IMG/VR virus record: IMGVR_UViG_3300032047_000058
Span: 1 to 34,514 of that record
Reading direction: 5' to 3' (one strand)
DNA: 34,514 bases
From: a virus
Taxonomy: Duplodnaviria > Caudoviricetes
The notes under the pieces are model-generated. The model was not told where the DNA came from. It made no database searches and saw only the letters and a list, made by a program, of their open reading frames with translations. Below, piece after piece: positions 8,928 through 17,977 of this stretch (its first letter is position 1; every line of letters starts with the position of its first letter). A program made the position numbers and the translations under genes.

Positions 8928-9227
8928 ATGAGTAGTTTAATTAACGTAAGTATGAATCTACAAAACTTACCAAAAGAAAAATTTGTAGAAGGAAAAAAAG
9001 GAGTCTACTATAATTTCACAATATCTGTGAATGATGAGACTAACCAATTTGGTCAAAATGTTTCTTTATATGACAGCCAAACAAAAGAGGAAAGAGAAGC
9101 TAAGAAAGACAAAGTCTACATTGGCAACGGAAAAGTAGTTTGGACAAACGGAAGCTGCGTAGTAGCAGAGAAGGATGAAGTGAAAAAAGAAACTGTTGCT
9201 TCCACTAGCAGCGATTTACCATTTTAA
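8928..9227 (+). CDS. Putative single-stranded DNA-binding protein
   Basis: Beta-rich 99 aa protein ending SSDLPF, directly after ERF. Confidence 0.65.
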   Translation: MSSLINVSMNLQNLPKEKFVEGKKGVYYNFTISVNDETNQFGQNVSLYDSQTKEEREAKKDKVYIGNGKVVWTNGSCVVAEKDEVKKETVASTSSDLPF

Positions 9228-9232
9228 TTAAT

Positions 9233-9260
9233 AGGGAGGGCTAATAACCCTCCCTTTTTT
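9233..9260 (+). terminator. Rho-independent terminator
   Basis: AGGGAGGG / CCCTCCCT stem followed by a T run. Confidence 0.85.
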
Positions 9261-9265
9261 ATTAT

Positions 9266-10144
9266 ATGACATTAGAAGAAAGAACAATAAACAATTTAGT
9301 AATGGAAGTAGTTGAACAAGATTGCATCCTAGACACATCTGAAAAGATAGTATACCCACCTATAGCATTATCTATAGGAGAAAAAAGCTTTACGACTAAA
9401 GATGGTGTAAAATCATATCCAGTACCTATTGGTACTTATGGAAACTTTAGCTTTGTACAAGCACCACCTAAAACTAAGAAGACATTCTTTGTTAGTTTAC
9501 TAGCTTCTGTTTACCTAGCAGGTAACAATAAGTTTGGAGGAGATATTAAAGGACATAGAGGAGATAGAAAGCTGTTACACTTTGATACAGAGCAAGGTAA
9601 ATGGCATTGTCAAAAAGTATTTAGAAGAGTACTAGATATGAACAATACAAAACAAGATGACAATTATCAAACCTTTACATTAAGAACTATAGGATATAAA
9701 ACAAGATTAGAATTTATAGAGTATTGGTTAAGAGAAAGAGTAGAAGAAGGTAAAGCTGGTGTTGTAATAATAGATGGTGTTGCTGATTTAATTAGTGATG
9801 TAAACAACCTTGAAGAAAGTAATAATGTAGTACAAAAGTTAATGGAATGGACAGCTAACTTTAATTGTCATATCATTACAATTATACATTCTAACTATGG
9901 CTCATCTAAACCAACAGGACACTTAGGTAGTTTGCTAGAAAAGAAAGCAGAAACACAAATAGAATTAGAAGTTAATACTGTTCATCATGAGCAGATTACA
10001 GTTAGATGCAGAAGGAGTAGAGGTTTTCCTTTTGATACATTTAGCTTTAAAGTAAATGATTATGGTTATCCTATATTAGTAGGTAACCTTTATAACCCTT
10101 TACAAGGTATAGATATAAAACATAAAGAAATACCTTATGATTAA
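9266..10144 (+). CDS. RecA-like AAA ATPase / RepA-DnaB-like helicase domain
   Basis: Atypical Walker A (APPKTKKT), FDTEQG, Walker B (VIIDG), IIH and GHLGSLLEKKAET. No TOPRIM domain seen. Confidence 0.75.
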   Translation: MTLEERTINNLVMEVVEQDCILDTSEKIVYPPIALSIGEKSFTTKDGVKSYPVPIGTYGNFSFVQAPPKTKKTFFVSLLASVYLAGNNKFGGDIKGHRGDRKLLHFDTEQGKWHCQKVFRRVLDMNNTKQDDNYQTFTLRTIGYKTRLEFIEYWLRERVEEGKAGVVIIDGVADLISDVNNLEESNNVVQKLMEWTANFNCHIITIIHSNYGSSKPTGHLGSLLEKKAETQIELEVNTVHHEQITVRCRRSRGFPFDTFSFKVNDYGYPILVGNLYNPLQGIDIKHKEIPYD

Positions 10145-10529
10145 AATAGACTGTCCTTTATTTGTGTTGTTAGAAAGAAAAACAAAGCCTGACAGAAAGA
10201 TATTTATTAATATGAACACTTACAGGAATTTGCATTACTTCACAAACAACAAAGCAAAGGCTCTATTTAAAGAAGTTGTAAAACCACAATTAGAAGGAGT
10301 AAAAATAAACACACCAGTAGAAATAACTTACAAGGTTTATAAAGCTAGGAATAGAATTATAGATAAAATGAACTTTGTATGTGTTACATCAAAATATTTG
10401 TTAGATGCAATAACTGAAGCAGGTTGTTGGACAGATGACAATGATGATTTTATAAAAACAGAAACAATAATGCCGACAGAATTAGACAGAGAGAATCCGA
10501 GAGTTGAAGTTTTTATAAAAAGTATATGA
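10137..10529 (+). CDS. RusA-like Holliday junction resolvase
   Basis: DKMN....KYLLDAI...G...DDND and ENPRVEV resemble the RusA D-x-x-N...K...D...DD pattern. Confidence 0.7.
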   Translation: MIKIDCPLFVLLERKTKPDRKIFINMNTYRNLHYFTNNKAKALFKEVVKPQLEGVKINTPVEITYKVYKARNRIIDKMNFVCVTSKYLLDAITEAGCWTDDNDDFIKTETIMPTELDRENPRVEVFIKSI

Positions 10530-11089
10530 ATGTATTGAAGATGGTAGCTAAGAATCATACTTTATGGTTAAAGATGGTTCTTAATATGGGGTGTAACCCT
10601 AGTATGGCAGAAGATATTGTCCAGCAGATGTATCTGCGAATAGACAGATTGGTCAAAGAAGGAAAGAATGTGATGTATGATGACGAGTCTGCGAATAGAT
10701 TTTATATCTATTTAACATTGAAGTCTATGTATATAGATTACAAAAGGGCAAGAGGCAAGTATACGTTCTTTGAGATAATGGATAATGATGAGGTAGATGC
10801 TTTAACAGAAACCCCAGCTTATTATGCTGGTATGGATATGGAAGAGCAAGAAGCATTTACAAAGATTTATAATAGAATCTTAGATGAGATAAACACTTGG
10901 GATTTCTATAACAAGAATTTATGTATTGCTTATTTCACTACAGGTTTATCATTAGATAAGCTTGTAAAGGAATTAGGTATAGGTAGGTCCAGCATCTACA
11001 ATACAATAAGAAATCACAGAGAGATTATACAAGAGAAGTTTAGTGAGGATGTAGAGGATTTTTACAATAAAGATTACGATAAAATATAA
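10526..11089 (+). CDS. ECF-like sigma-70 factor (candidate late sigma)
   Basis: Region-2 motif AEDIVQQMYLR and a C-terminal region-4 HTH (LSLDKLVKELGIGRSSIYNTI). 187 aa. Confidence 0.8.
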   Translation: MNVLKMVAKNHTLWLKMVLNMGCNPSMAEDIVQQMYLRIDRLVKEGKNVMYDDESANRFYIYLTLKSMYIDYKRARGKYTFFEIMDNDEVDALTETPAYYAGMDMEEQEAFTKIYNRILDEINTWDFYNKNLCIAYFTTGLSLDKLVKELGIGRSSIYNTIRNHREIIQEKFSEDVEDFYNKDYDKI

Positions 11090-11093
11090 TACT

Positions 11094-11510
11094 ATGAATG
11101 AACCTAAAGACAAGCGTACTAAAGAGTACAAAGAATGGAAGAAGAAGTTTAACAAGGAGAACACTATCGGACTAGGAGATATAGTCGAGAAAGTTACAGA
11201 AGCTACAGGAATTAAGAAAGCAGTTAAGTTTATAGCTGGTGAAGATTGTGGCTGTAATGAGCGTAAGGAGAAGATGAATGCTATTCCTATTCTAAAAAGA
11301 AGAAACGTAAACTGTTTAACAGAAGAGGAGTATACTTATTTATCTGACTGGTTTAATAAGAAGTCTAATGTGATTAGACAAGATGACCAGAACAGATTGT
11401 TAAAGATATATAACAGAGTGTTTAACCAAAGAAGAGAAAGAACAAGTTGTGGTTCTTGTATTAAAACAATGACTGATGAATTAAGAATCTTGTTTAACCA
11501 ATACGATTAG
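11094..11510 (+). CDS. Hypothetical protein with Cys motifs
   Basis: GLGDIVEK, DCGCNERK and CGSC suggest possible metal binding. Confidence 0.7.
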   Translation: MNEPKDKRTKEYKEWKKKFNKENTIGLGDIVEKVTEATGIKKAVKFIAGEDCGCNERKEKMNAIPILKRRNVNCLTEEEYTYLSDWFNKKSNVIRQDDQNRLLKIYNRVFNQRRERTSCGSCIKTMTDELRILFNQYD

Positions 11511-11511
11511 G

Positions 11512-12225
11512 ATGAAAGACTTTAGACCAAGACTAAAAGGCAATAAGCTTAAAGCATTTCTTAATGTAACTAAAAGAGAAACTAGGGTTTTAGTTATAGG
11601 AGATTTGCATGAGCCTTTTTGCTTAGACAAATACTTAAACTTCTGCAAAGACATATACTCTAAGTATAATTGTAACAAAGTTATATTTATAGGAGATGTA
11701 ATAGACAATCATTATTCAAGTTATCATGAAACGAATGCTGATGGTTTAGGTGGAGGAGATGAGTTAGATATAGCTATAGATAGAATAGCTAGATGGTATA
11801 AAGTATTTCCTAAAGCAGATGTAATCATCGGTAATCATGATAGGATTATAGCTAGGAAAGCACAGACAGGAGGCATACCTAGTAAATGGATAAGAGATTA
11901 TTCTGATGTATTGAATACTCCTAACTGGAATTTTATAGAAAGATTAGTTGTGGATAATGTACAATATTTACATGGAGAAGGAGGAACAGCTAGAACAAAA
12001 GCTAAAGGAGATATGATGTCTACAGTACAAGGACACCTACATACACAATGTTATAGTGAATGGTGTGTTGGTGCTAAGTTTAAAGTATTTGCTACACAAG
12101 TAGGTTGTGGCATAGACCACGAGAAGTATGCGTTTGCTTATGCTAAAGCAGGAAAGAAACCAGCTATAGGTTGTGCAGTAGTATTTGGAGGACATACAGT
12201 TGTTAATGAATTAATGGATTTATGA
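11512..12225 (+). CDS. Calcineurin-like metallophosphoesterase
   Basis: GDLHEP, GDVID, GNHD, HG and GHLH motifs in canonical order. Confidence 0.9.
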   Translation: MKDFRPRLKGNKLKAFLNVTKRETRVLVIGDLHEPFCLDKYLNFCKDIYSKYNCNKVIFIGDVIDNHYSSYHETNADGLGGGDELDIAIDRIARWYKVFPKADVIIGNHDRIIARKAQTGGIPSKWIRDYSDVLNTPNWNFIERLVVDNVQYLHGEGGTARTKAKGDMMSTVQGHLHTQCYSEWCVGAKFKVFATQVGCGIDHEKYAFAYAKAGKKPAIGCAVVFGGHTVVNELMDL

Positions 12226-12380
12226 AACTAAAAGATAAGAAACATACAATAGCTCAAAGGATGGGTAGGATAGAGAAAGTGCTTACTCAGTTGTACTTAA
12301 CCAATGTAAACTTTGGTGAGCGAATAAAGAAGATGGAAGAAATATTATTTAAGGAAGAAAAAGAAGAAACAGATGAGTGA
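12222..12380 (+). CDS. 52 aa hypothetical protein (not in ORF track)
   Basis: MKLKDKKHTIAQRMGRIEK...; ATGA overlap upstream and overlap with the next start. Confidence 0.65.
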   Translation: MKLKDKKHTIAQRMGRIEKVLTQLYLTNVNFGERIKKMEEILFKEEKEETDE

Positions 12381-12750
12381 TAGTAGAAAGGCATACGAGG
12401 AAGAGTTTGGTAATCTACCAACCAATAGCGAAGAGAGAAAAAGGATTCCTATTTATACTGGATTGATTAAATACTTTCCTGATGCTATAGCAGAAGTAGC
12501 TAGGGTATCTTTAATAGGAAACCAGCAACATCATCCTGATGAACCTTTACATTGGGATAGAGAGAAGAGTACAGATGAACTGGATGCTTTGGCTAGACAT
12601 CTAGTAGAAGCTGGTAAGATAGATACAGATGGTGTAAGGCATAGTGCAAAGGTTGCATGGCGTGCTATGGCTAACCTACAAAAAGAATTAGAGAACTCTA
12701 ACACTAGAGACGAGCAATGGTATATAGACCAGTACAATAGAAATAGATGA
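12373..12750 (+). CDS. dATP/dGTP diphosphohydrolase-domain protein (DUF5664-like)
   Basis: FPDAIAEVARVSLIG...W...DALARHL....D.DG..H...AWRA pattern. Confidence 0.7.
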   Translation: MSDSRKAYEEEFGNLPTNSEERKRIPIYTGLIKYFPDAIAEVARVSLIGNQQHHPDEPLHWDREKSTDELDALARHLVEAGKIDTDGVRHSAKVAWRAMANLQKELENSNTRDEQWYIDQYNRNR

Positions 12751-13145
12751 GTTTAATAAGAAACAGTAATCAGACAAAGCAAGGCTTAGACTTTACAGGA
12801 CTACAGAATGGAAAGATACATCCTTCTGATATAGATGCTGTATTAGAGTTTGACAATGAAGCTTTAATATTGATGGAGGTAAAGAGGACAGGTAATCCTA
12901 TACCTACAGGTCAAAGGTTATTGTTAGAAAGAATATGTGATAGTTGGAGAACAAACAAAGCTATTGTTTTATATGTTACTCATAATTATTTAGATACAAG
13001 TAGAGACATTCCATTGACTACTTGTTCTGTTAATGGTTGTTATTATAATAGAAGATGGGTAAAAGTAGACAACGAACCCCTGAGAATAGTATTAAACAAA
13101 CTAGGTTTTAATTGGAATATAAATAAATTAATGTTTGATAATTAA
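12747..13145 (+). CDS. PD-(D/E)XK-like nuclease-fold protein
   Basis: PSDIDAVLE...LILMEVKR...GQR. Confidence 0.5.
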   Translation: MSLIRNSNQTKQGLDFTGLQNGKIHPSDIDAVLEFDNEALILMEVKRTGNPIPTGQRLLLERICDSWRTNKAIVLYVTHNYLDTSRDIPLTTCSVNGCYYNRRWVKVDNEPLRIVLNKLGFNWNINKLMFDN

Positions 13146-13164
13146 AATATTTATTATATATTGC
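13134..13164 (+). promoter_or_regulatory. Host-RNAP type promoter
   Basis: TTTG (13134-13137), 19 nt, TATATTGC (13157-13164), then an A-rich leader to ATG 13192. Confidence 0.65.
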
Positions 13165-13191
13165 AGTTATTAACAATAAAGATAATAAACA

Positions 13192-13431
13192 ATGAGAGAA
13201 ATAAGAATTAGTTATAGTGGAGTTACATTAGACATTAAAGGTCAGTATTACGAAGGATGTAATGCTACTTATATGTACCCAGCAGACCCTACAGAATTTC
13301 AGTCTACAGCTATTGTATGTGGAGACCAAGACATTACAGACTTGCTAGATGGAGATACAATAACAGAAATAGAAAACCTAGCTGCTCAACAGATACAAGA
13401 TGAAGAAGAGTATCACGACAGTCTTATATAA
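13192..13431 (+). CDS. Small acidic hypothetical protein
   Basis: 79 aa, D/E-rich C-terminal half, with its own promoter. Confidence 0.7.
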   Translation: MREIRISYSGVTLDIKGQYYEGCNATYMYPADPTEFQSTAIVCGDQDITDLLDGDTITEIENLAAQQIQDEEEYHDSLI

Positions 13432-13452
13432 TAAACATAAAAACAAATAAAA

Positions 13453-13608
13453 ATGCCAATATTTAATGAAACATTTGAGTCGTTTAGGATTCAAGAAAGA
13501 ATAAAAGAACGTAACAAAGCTATAACTCTTTTGTGTAAAGAGGGGTATACTGTGTTTGATACCGAAGGAAACATATTAAACAAGTCAAGCAACAACACAT
13601 ATAAATAA
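13453..13608 (+). CDS. 51 aa hypothetical protein (not in ORF track)
   Basis: MPIFNETFESFRIQERIKE...; A-rich leader; fills the gap. Confidence 0.65.
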   Translation: MPIFNETFESFRIQERIKERNKAITLLCKEGYTVFDTEGNILNKSSNNTYK

Positions 13609-13611
13609 TAC

Positions 13612-14298
13612 ATGACGGTCTTATTTGATGCAGATAGTTTGGTGTGGGCTTCATGCTTTAGAGCTGATGGTGATTTAGAACAAGCAAAGAAAGAGTATGA
13701 TGATTCTTTCGATAACATTTTAACAAACTTATATGGTCGTTATGATATTGATTCAGTTATTACTTTTAATAATAGTAGTGGAAATTTTAGAAAACTATTA
13801 GACAATAACTATAAGGCTAATAGAAAGGGAAGTGAGCTTCCTTTAATATTACAGGAGATACATAATTATGTTACAGAAAAATATAATGGTATCAAAGCTT
13901 GTGGTGTTGAGACAGATGACTTAGTTGCTAGATACTGGAATCATATAGCCAAAGAAGATGGCAGAGACAATGTAATCATCTTAGCATTAGATAAGGATTA
14001 TATGCAACTACCAGCTTTAATATACAACTATCATTACAATCATCAATGTATGTATGATGTATCAGAAGTAGAAGCTCTAAACAATTTCTACACACAAATG
14101 ATTGTAGGTGATACAATAGACAACGTAAACTATTGTAGAGGTTATGGTAAGAAGTATGCAGAAAAGTTGTTTGCAGAATGCACAACTCATTATCAATTTA
14201 CTAAAAAAGTATATGGGTTGTTTAAAGAAATATATAAACAGAAAGCAAAATTAAAATATATACAATGTTATAATTTACTTAGACTAAGAACAGAATGA
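13612..14298 (+). CDS. 5'-3' exonuclease / flap endonuclease (T7 gp6 / T4 RNase H-like)
   Basis: FDADS, NFRK, YKANRK, ETDD, DKD, GDTIDNV and GYGKKYA motifs. Confidence 0.9.
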   Translation: MTVLFDADSLVWASCFRADGDLEQAKKEYDDSFDNILTNLYGRYDIDSVITFNNSSGNFRKLLDNNYKANRKGSELPLILQEIHNYVTEKYNGIKACGVETDDLVARYWNHIAKEDGRDNVIILALDKDYMQLPALIYNYHYNHQCMYDVSEVEALNNFYTQMIVGDTIDNVNYCRGYGKKYAEKLFAECTTHYQFTKKVYGLFKEIYKQKAKLKYIQCYNLLRLRTE

Positions 14299-14567
14299 GA
14301 GATGATTTATCTAGTTCTAAGATTGCAGAGTACTTTGCTTTGACAACTTATGAACTAGAGAAGGGAACAAGTGTTGATGAGATAAAACTTATCTTAAAAC
14401 AATACGAGGAGTTGGAGATGTATTTAGAATGTGCAGGCATATATAATGCGTTAGAAGTTTATAAGTTTAACTTGTCGGTTGACTTGGCTAAAATTATGAG
14501 CGAAGATAAAATAAAGAATAATATAAAATTTATAAAAGATGATAGAAAAAATAAGAAAGGAAGTTGA
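14295..14567 (+). CDS. Hypothetical protein
   Basis: 90 aa helical ORF, ATGA-coupled to the exonuclease. Confidence 0.65.
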   Translation: MRDDLSSSKIAEYFALTTYELEKGTSVDEIKLILKQYEELEMYLECAGIYNALEVYKFNLSVDLAKIMSEDKIKNNIKFIKDDRKNKKGS

Positions 14568-15009
14568 ACAAGCTACTATGCAAGACTTGTCTAGTAGAAG
14601 AAGACAAAGAGAATTAGTTTATGCAAGAGCCATATACTTTAAGTTGTGTAAAGAGAAAACAACCTCTACATTAAAGAAGATTGCTGACACTTTAAACTTA
14701 AACCACGCTACAGTTTTGCATGGTATTAATAATGTATTTCCAATAATAAAAAAAGAAGAGCCTTTTCTTTACAAGGTATATAGTAAAATAAAGAACAATG
14801 ATGACTTGAATCATATAAAAGAAAACTATTATGCGTTGCGTAAAGAACACGAAAGTTTATTAGTAAAATATGAAAATCTAATTGAGACAAGAACAGTTGA
14901 TGAGTATGATGAAATTGTTGGCATTGTAAAGCAAATACCTAGTCAACACCTAGAGACTGCTAGGGTTAGAGTAAAGGCAATGGTTGACATTATTAAAAAC
15001 TATGCGTAA
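14539..15009 (+). CDS. DnaA domain IV-like HTH protein with coiled-coil tail
   Basis: RRQRELVYARAIYFKLCKE..TLKKIA...NHATVLHG parallels the DnaA C-terminal R.R..V.ARQ..MYL...SL..IG...DHTTVLH pattern. No AAA+ domain. Confidence 0.75.
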   Translation: MIEKIRKEVEQATMQDLSSRRRQRELVYARAIYFKLCKEKTTSTLKKIADTLNLNHATVLHGINNVFPIIKKEEPFLYKVYSKIKNNDDLNHIKENYYALRKEHESLLVKYENLIETRTVDEYDEIVGIVKQIPSQHLETARVRVKAMVDIIKNYA

Positions 15010-15220
15010 GATAAAAGTATTAAACCCAGATGCAGTTCAATGGTGTATTGCTAATGACTTTATTATCTATCCAGTAACAAAAGATAATAGTACTTATAAT
15101 ATAGTTGTAGAGAAAGGAAACAAGAGAGCAATCATACAGGAAAAATTTAACAAGAAGACTGTGCAAGAAGGTATTGCAGATGTTTACCTAAAGCTTTACA
15201 AAAAACATAATACAAAATAA
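15002..15220 (+). CDS. Hypothetical protein
   Basis: Probable start ATG 15002 (MRKIKVLNPDAVQWC...). Confidence 0.65.
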   Translation: MRKIKVLNPDAVQWCIANDFIIYPVTKDNSTYNIVVEKGNKRAIIQEKFNKKTVQEGIADVYLKLYKKHNTK

Positions 15221-15229
15221 TCGTTATCA
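15203..15229 (+). promoter_or_regulatory. Phage late promoter copy 1 (AAACA-N14-CGTTATCA)
   Basis: Conserved bipartite motif. The terS ATG lies 4 nt after it. Confidence 0.8.
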
Positions 15230-15233
15230 TTAT

Positions 15234-15635
15234 ATGTCAAGAGCAAAGAAGAATAGGTCTCAGGAAATTAAGAGAACAGACGGAAGAAAGAACAACAAAA
15301 GACTTGAACCTAAGCCAATATCTACAATAAAGAAGCTACCACCTGCAAGGCAAAATAAAGCGAAGAGAGAGCGTATCTCTTCTTATGCGACCAATGCTAT
15401 GAAAGAGGTGTTTGGAAGCGAGAAAGAGGCGTTTAAGCACCTTGCTGAGCTTGGTAAGAAGAACTTTACTCACATGAAACTGTTAATGGAGTATGCTTAT
15501 GGCAAACCATCAGACAGTATAAATGATAGTAATAATAGTAAGAAAGTTCAAGTACCTGTAATCAACTTCTTTAACAACAAGGAGTCTCAAATACAAGATG
15601 ATGTTATAGATATAACACCAGAGGATGAACAGTAA
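15234..15635 (+). CDS. terS: Putative terminase small subunit
   Basis: Immediately upstream of and overlapping terL. Basic N-terminus and LLMEYAYGKP motif. Confidence 0.65.
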   Translation: MSRAKKNRSQEIKRTDGRKNNKRLEPKPISTIKKLPPARQNKAKRERISSYATNAMKEVFGSEKEAFKHLAELGKKNFTHMKLLMEYAYGKPSDSINDSNNSKKVQVPVINFFNNKESQIQDDVIDITPEDEQ

Positions 15636-16839
15636 CATAAATCTACATACAAAGTATATTCCCTTGTTTCAATCTGATAGCAGATACTTTATAATTACAG
15701 GAGGTAGAGGTAGTGGTAAGAGTTTTGGAGCTGCTCTGTTTCTACTGAACCTAACCTATGAGCATGGACATAAGATTCTATTTACTAGATATACTTTAAC
15801 ATCAGCCAACACTTCTATTATTCCTGAGTTCATTGAGAAGATAGACTTGATGGATGTTCATAGTGATTTTAGAATTACTAAGGATGAGATAATAAACTTA
15901 AAGACAAACAGTTCTATAATGTTTAAAGGTATTAGAACCTCATCAGGTAATCAAACTGCAGCTCTTAAATCTTTAAATGGTGTAACTACATTCGTTGTAG
16001 ATGAGGCTGAAGAGCTTTTAGAAGAGGATGTGTTTAACAAGATTGACTTCTCTATCCGTACACAAGGTAAACAAAACAGATGTATCTTAATATTAAATCC
16101 AGCTACAAAAGAGCATTGGATATATCAGAGATTCTTTTTATATAAAAATATCAAAGGGGGTTACAATGGTGTTACAAATGATGTTACATACATTCATACA
16201 ACTTATGAAGACAACAAGAAGAATTTATCCGATTCATTTATTAGTCAGATAATGGATATGAAACGTAGAACTCCTTCTAAGTTTGAGCATATTATTTTAG
16301 GAGGTTGGATGGAAAAAGCTGAAGGAACAATAATTAGAAACTGGAAGCTTGGAGAGTTTGCACAAACAGAATTAACTTGCTATGGGCAGGATTTTGGGTT
16401 CTCTATGGACATGACAACGCTTGTAAAGGTCTCTGTTGACAGAGATGTACGGAGGGTCTATGTAAAAGAGATATTCGGTAAAACAGCACTTTCTACGTCA
16501 GATATAGCATTTATGAATAGGAAGGAATGTGGAGCAGATTTGATAATATGTGATAGTTCTGAACCTAGATTGATAAAAGAATTAAGAAACACAGGATTAA
16601 ACATAAGACCAACCATAAAGAAGAAAGGTAGTATCTTATCAGGTATTGCTTTGATGCAAGACTATGAGATAATAGTAGAGAGAAACTCACACAATATAAT
16701 TAGAGAGTTTAACAATTATGTTTGGCATGAGAGAGGACAGAAACCAATAGACAAGTACAATCACTTTGTAGATGCAATCAGATATTCTTTGCAATATTTA
16801 GTTCAAGGAGTAAATTCTGGAAAATATGTTATTCGATAA
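15625..16839 (+). CDS. terL: Terminase large subunit (PBSX/SPP1-like)
   Basis: GGRGSGKS Walker A, VVDEAEE Walker B, LNP coupling motif, and nuclease motifs GQDFGF, DSSEP and NHFVDAIRY. Confidence 0.95.
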   Translation: MNSNINLHTKYIPLFQSDSRYFIITGGRGSGKSFGAALFLLNLTYEHGHKILFTRYTLTSANTSIIPEFIEKIDLMDVHSDFRITKDEIINLKTNSSIMFKGIRTSSGNQTAALKSLNGVTTFVVDEAEELLEEDVFNKIDFSIRTQGKQNRCILILNPATKEHWIYQRFFLYKNIKGGYNGVTNDVTYIHTTYEDNKKNLSDSFISQIMDMKRRTPSKFEHIILGGWMEKAEGTIIRNWKLGEFAQTELTCYGQDFGFSMDMTTLVKVSVDRDVRRVYVKEIFGKTALSTSDIAFMNRKECGADLIICDSSEPRLIKELRNTGLNIRPTIKKKGSILSGIALMQDYEIIVERNSHNIIREFNNYVWHERGQKPIDKYNHFVDAIRYSLQYLVQGVNSGKYVIR

Positions 16840-16841
16840 TT

Positions 16842-16938
16842 TGTTTAACATGAACCTTTAACATGAAGGGTCGATTGTTTAACATGGAGGTGTTTAACAT
16901 GAGGGCTGTTTAACATGGGGGCTTGTTTAACATGAGGG
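16842..16938 (+). repeat. Six direct copies of (TG)TTTAACATG with short, mostly G-rich linkers
   Basis: TTTAACATG starts at 16844, 16857, 16878, 16893, 16909 and 16926. Five copies are the full TGTTTAACATG. Confidence 0.95.
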
Positions 16939-17125
16939 TAGCGCAAAAAAATTATATCCCCTAAATTTTTATTTATATTCATTCTAAATAACATCTGTTA
17001 AGATTTACACAATTTTAGCCAGAAAAAAAGCCAGTAACAAAATCAATTTTATTTTTGTAGTATCAAATTATTTTTGTATACGTGCGCACACGCTTTTAAT
17101 AGGTGCAAAAAAAATATTATATTTA

Positions 17126-17156
17126 TTTGGTTTATTAACAAAATTGTGTATATTTG
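17126..17156 (+). promoter_or_regulatory. Host-RNAP type early promoter (full consensus)
   Basis: TTTG (17126-17129), 19 nt, TATATTTG (17149-17156). Confidence 0.8.
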
Positions 17157-17184
17157 TATCATTAACCAATTAAAACAAAACAAA

Positions 17185-17313
17185 ATGAAAGATTACACTA
17201 TTTTTAACGGAAGAATGTTAAGCGGAGATGTTAGACAGGAGCTAGAGAAAAAAGACGAAGAGATTAAAAGATTAAGAAAAATTATTGATGAAAATATTAT
17301 ATCAATGTTTTAA
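17185..17313 (+). CDS. 42 aa hypothetical early protein
   Basis: ATG 17185 after an A-rich leader. The track extension overlaps the promoter. Confidence 0.65.
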   Translation: MKDYTIFNGRMLSGDVRQELEKKDEEIKRLRKIIDENIISMF

Positions 17314-17338
17314 GTATTAACCAATAAAAACAAAAAAA

Positions 17339-17749
17339 ATGTATAGTAACATAGAAAAACAATTTAAACTACATGTATTAGAATGCGTTCTTGATTCGCT
17401 TGATGATTACGAAGGCGCAACAGATTTTAACTTTATTACAGATGACGAAATATATTCAATGATTTATTACAGTCGTTGCAATCACTTTATAAATGAATCA
17501 GGTTGTAACGTTTGGGATGTTATCAGCTTCGCAAGTGAATTATATAAAGATATGACAGGCGAAAACATACCGAGCGAAAATATCAATTCGGAATTTGTAT
17601 GTAATTTTATATTCAATCATTATGCATATACTTTGATAAGTGATTTGGAACATAATTTTGATTCATTCGAGGAATTAAACGACATAAAAAAAGAGGTTAA
17701 AGAGTACCTAGAATTATATGAGGACAGATATTTATCATTACCATTTTAA
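17339..17749 (+). CDS. Strongly acidic early protein
   Basis: 136 aa; my count is 28 D/E versus 8 K/R. Confidence 0.75.
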   Translation: MYSNIEKQFKLHVLECVLDSLDDYEGATDFNFITDDEIYSMIYYSRCNHFINESGCNVWDVISFASELYKDMTGENIPSENINSEFVCNFIFNHYAYTLISDLEHNFDSFEELNDIKKEVKEYLELYEDRYLSLPF

Positions 17750-17761
17750 AAACATAAAACA

Positions 17762-17977
17762 ATGAACAAAGAAAAAGAACAAAAAACAATGTATCTATAT
17801 GACACCCACACAATTTGGGCGCAGGATGGAGAATTACATTTAATGAATGAAAATAATTATCTGGTTATTAATATAAGAAATTTATATTTTGACTTAGACC
17901 ATATAATATATTTAACAAAAAAAGAGTTTAACAAACAATTAAAAGAACAAAACAAAAGAATAAAAAAACAATCATGA
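17762..17977 (+). CDS. Hypothetical early protein
   Basis: 71 aa ORF with A-rich leader. Confidence 0.65.
   Translation: MNKEKEQKTMYLYDTHTIWAQDGELHLMNENNYLVINIRNLYFDLDHIIYLTKKEFNKQLKEQNKRIKKQS

Noticed and set aside
12373-12750. Z-base (2-aminoadenine) genome pathway
   Set aside because: No PurZ, HD-family dATPase or phage polymerase recognised; the single domain is insufficient.
16842-16938. CRISPR mini-array
   Set aside because: Repeats are only 9-11 bp with 2-10 bp linkers, far too short, and no cas genes are present.
17054-17093. TTTG-N19-TATACGTG with GTGCGCAC palindrome as an extra promoter
   Set aside because: The spacing fits, but the -7 box deviates at two conserved positions; left uncalled.
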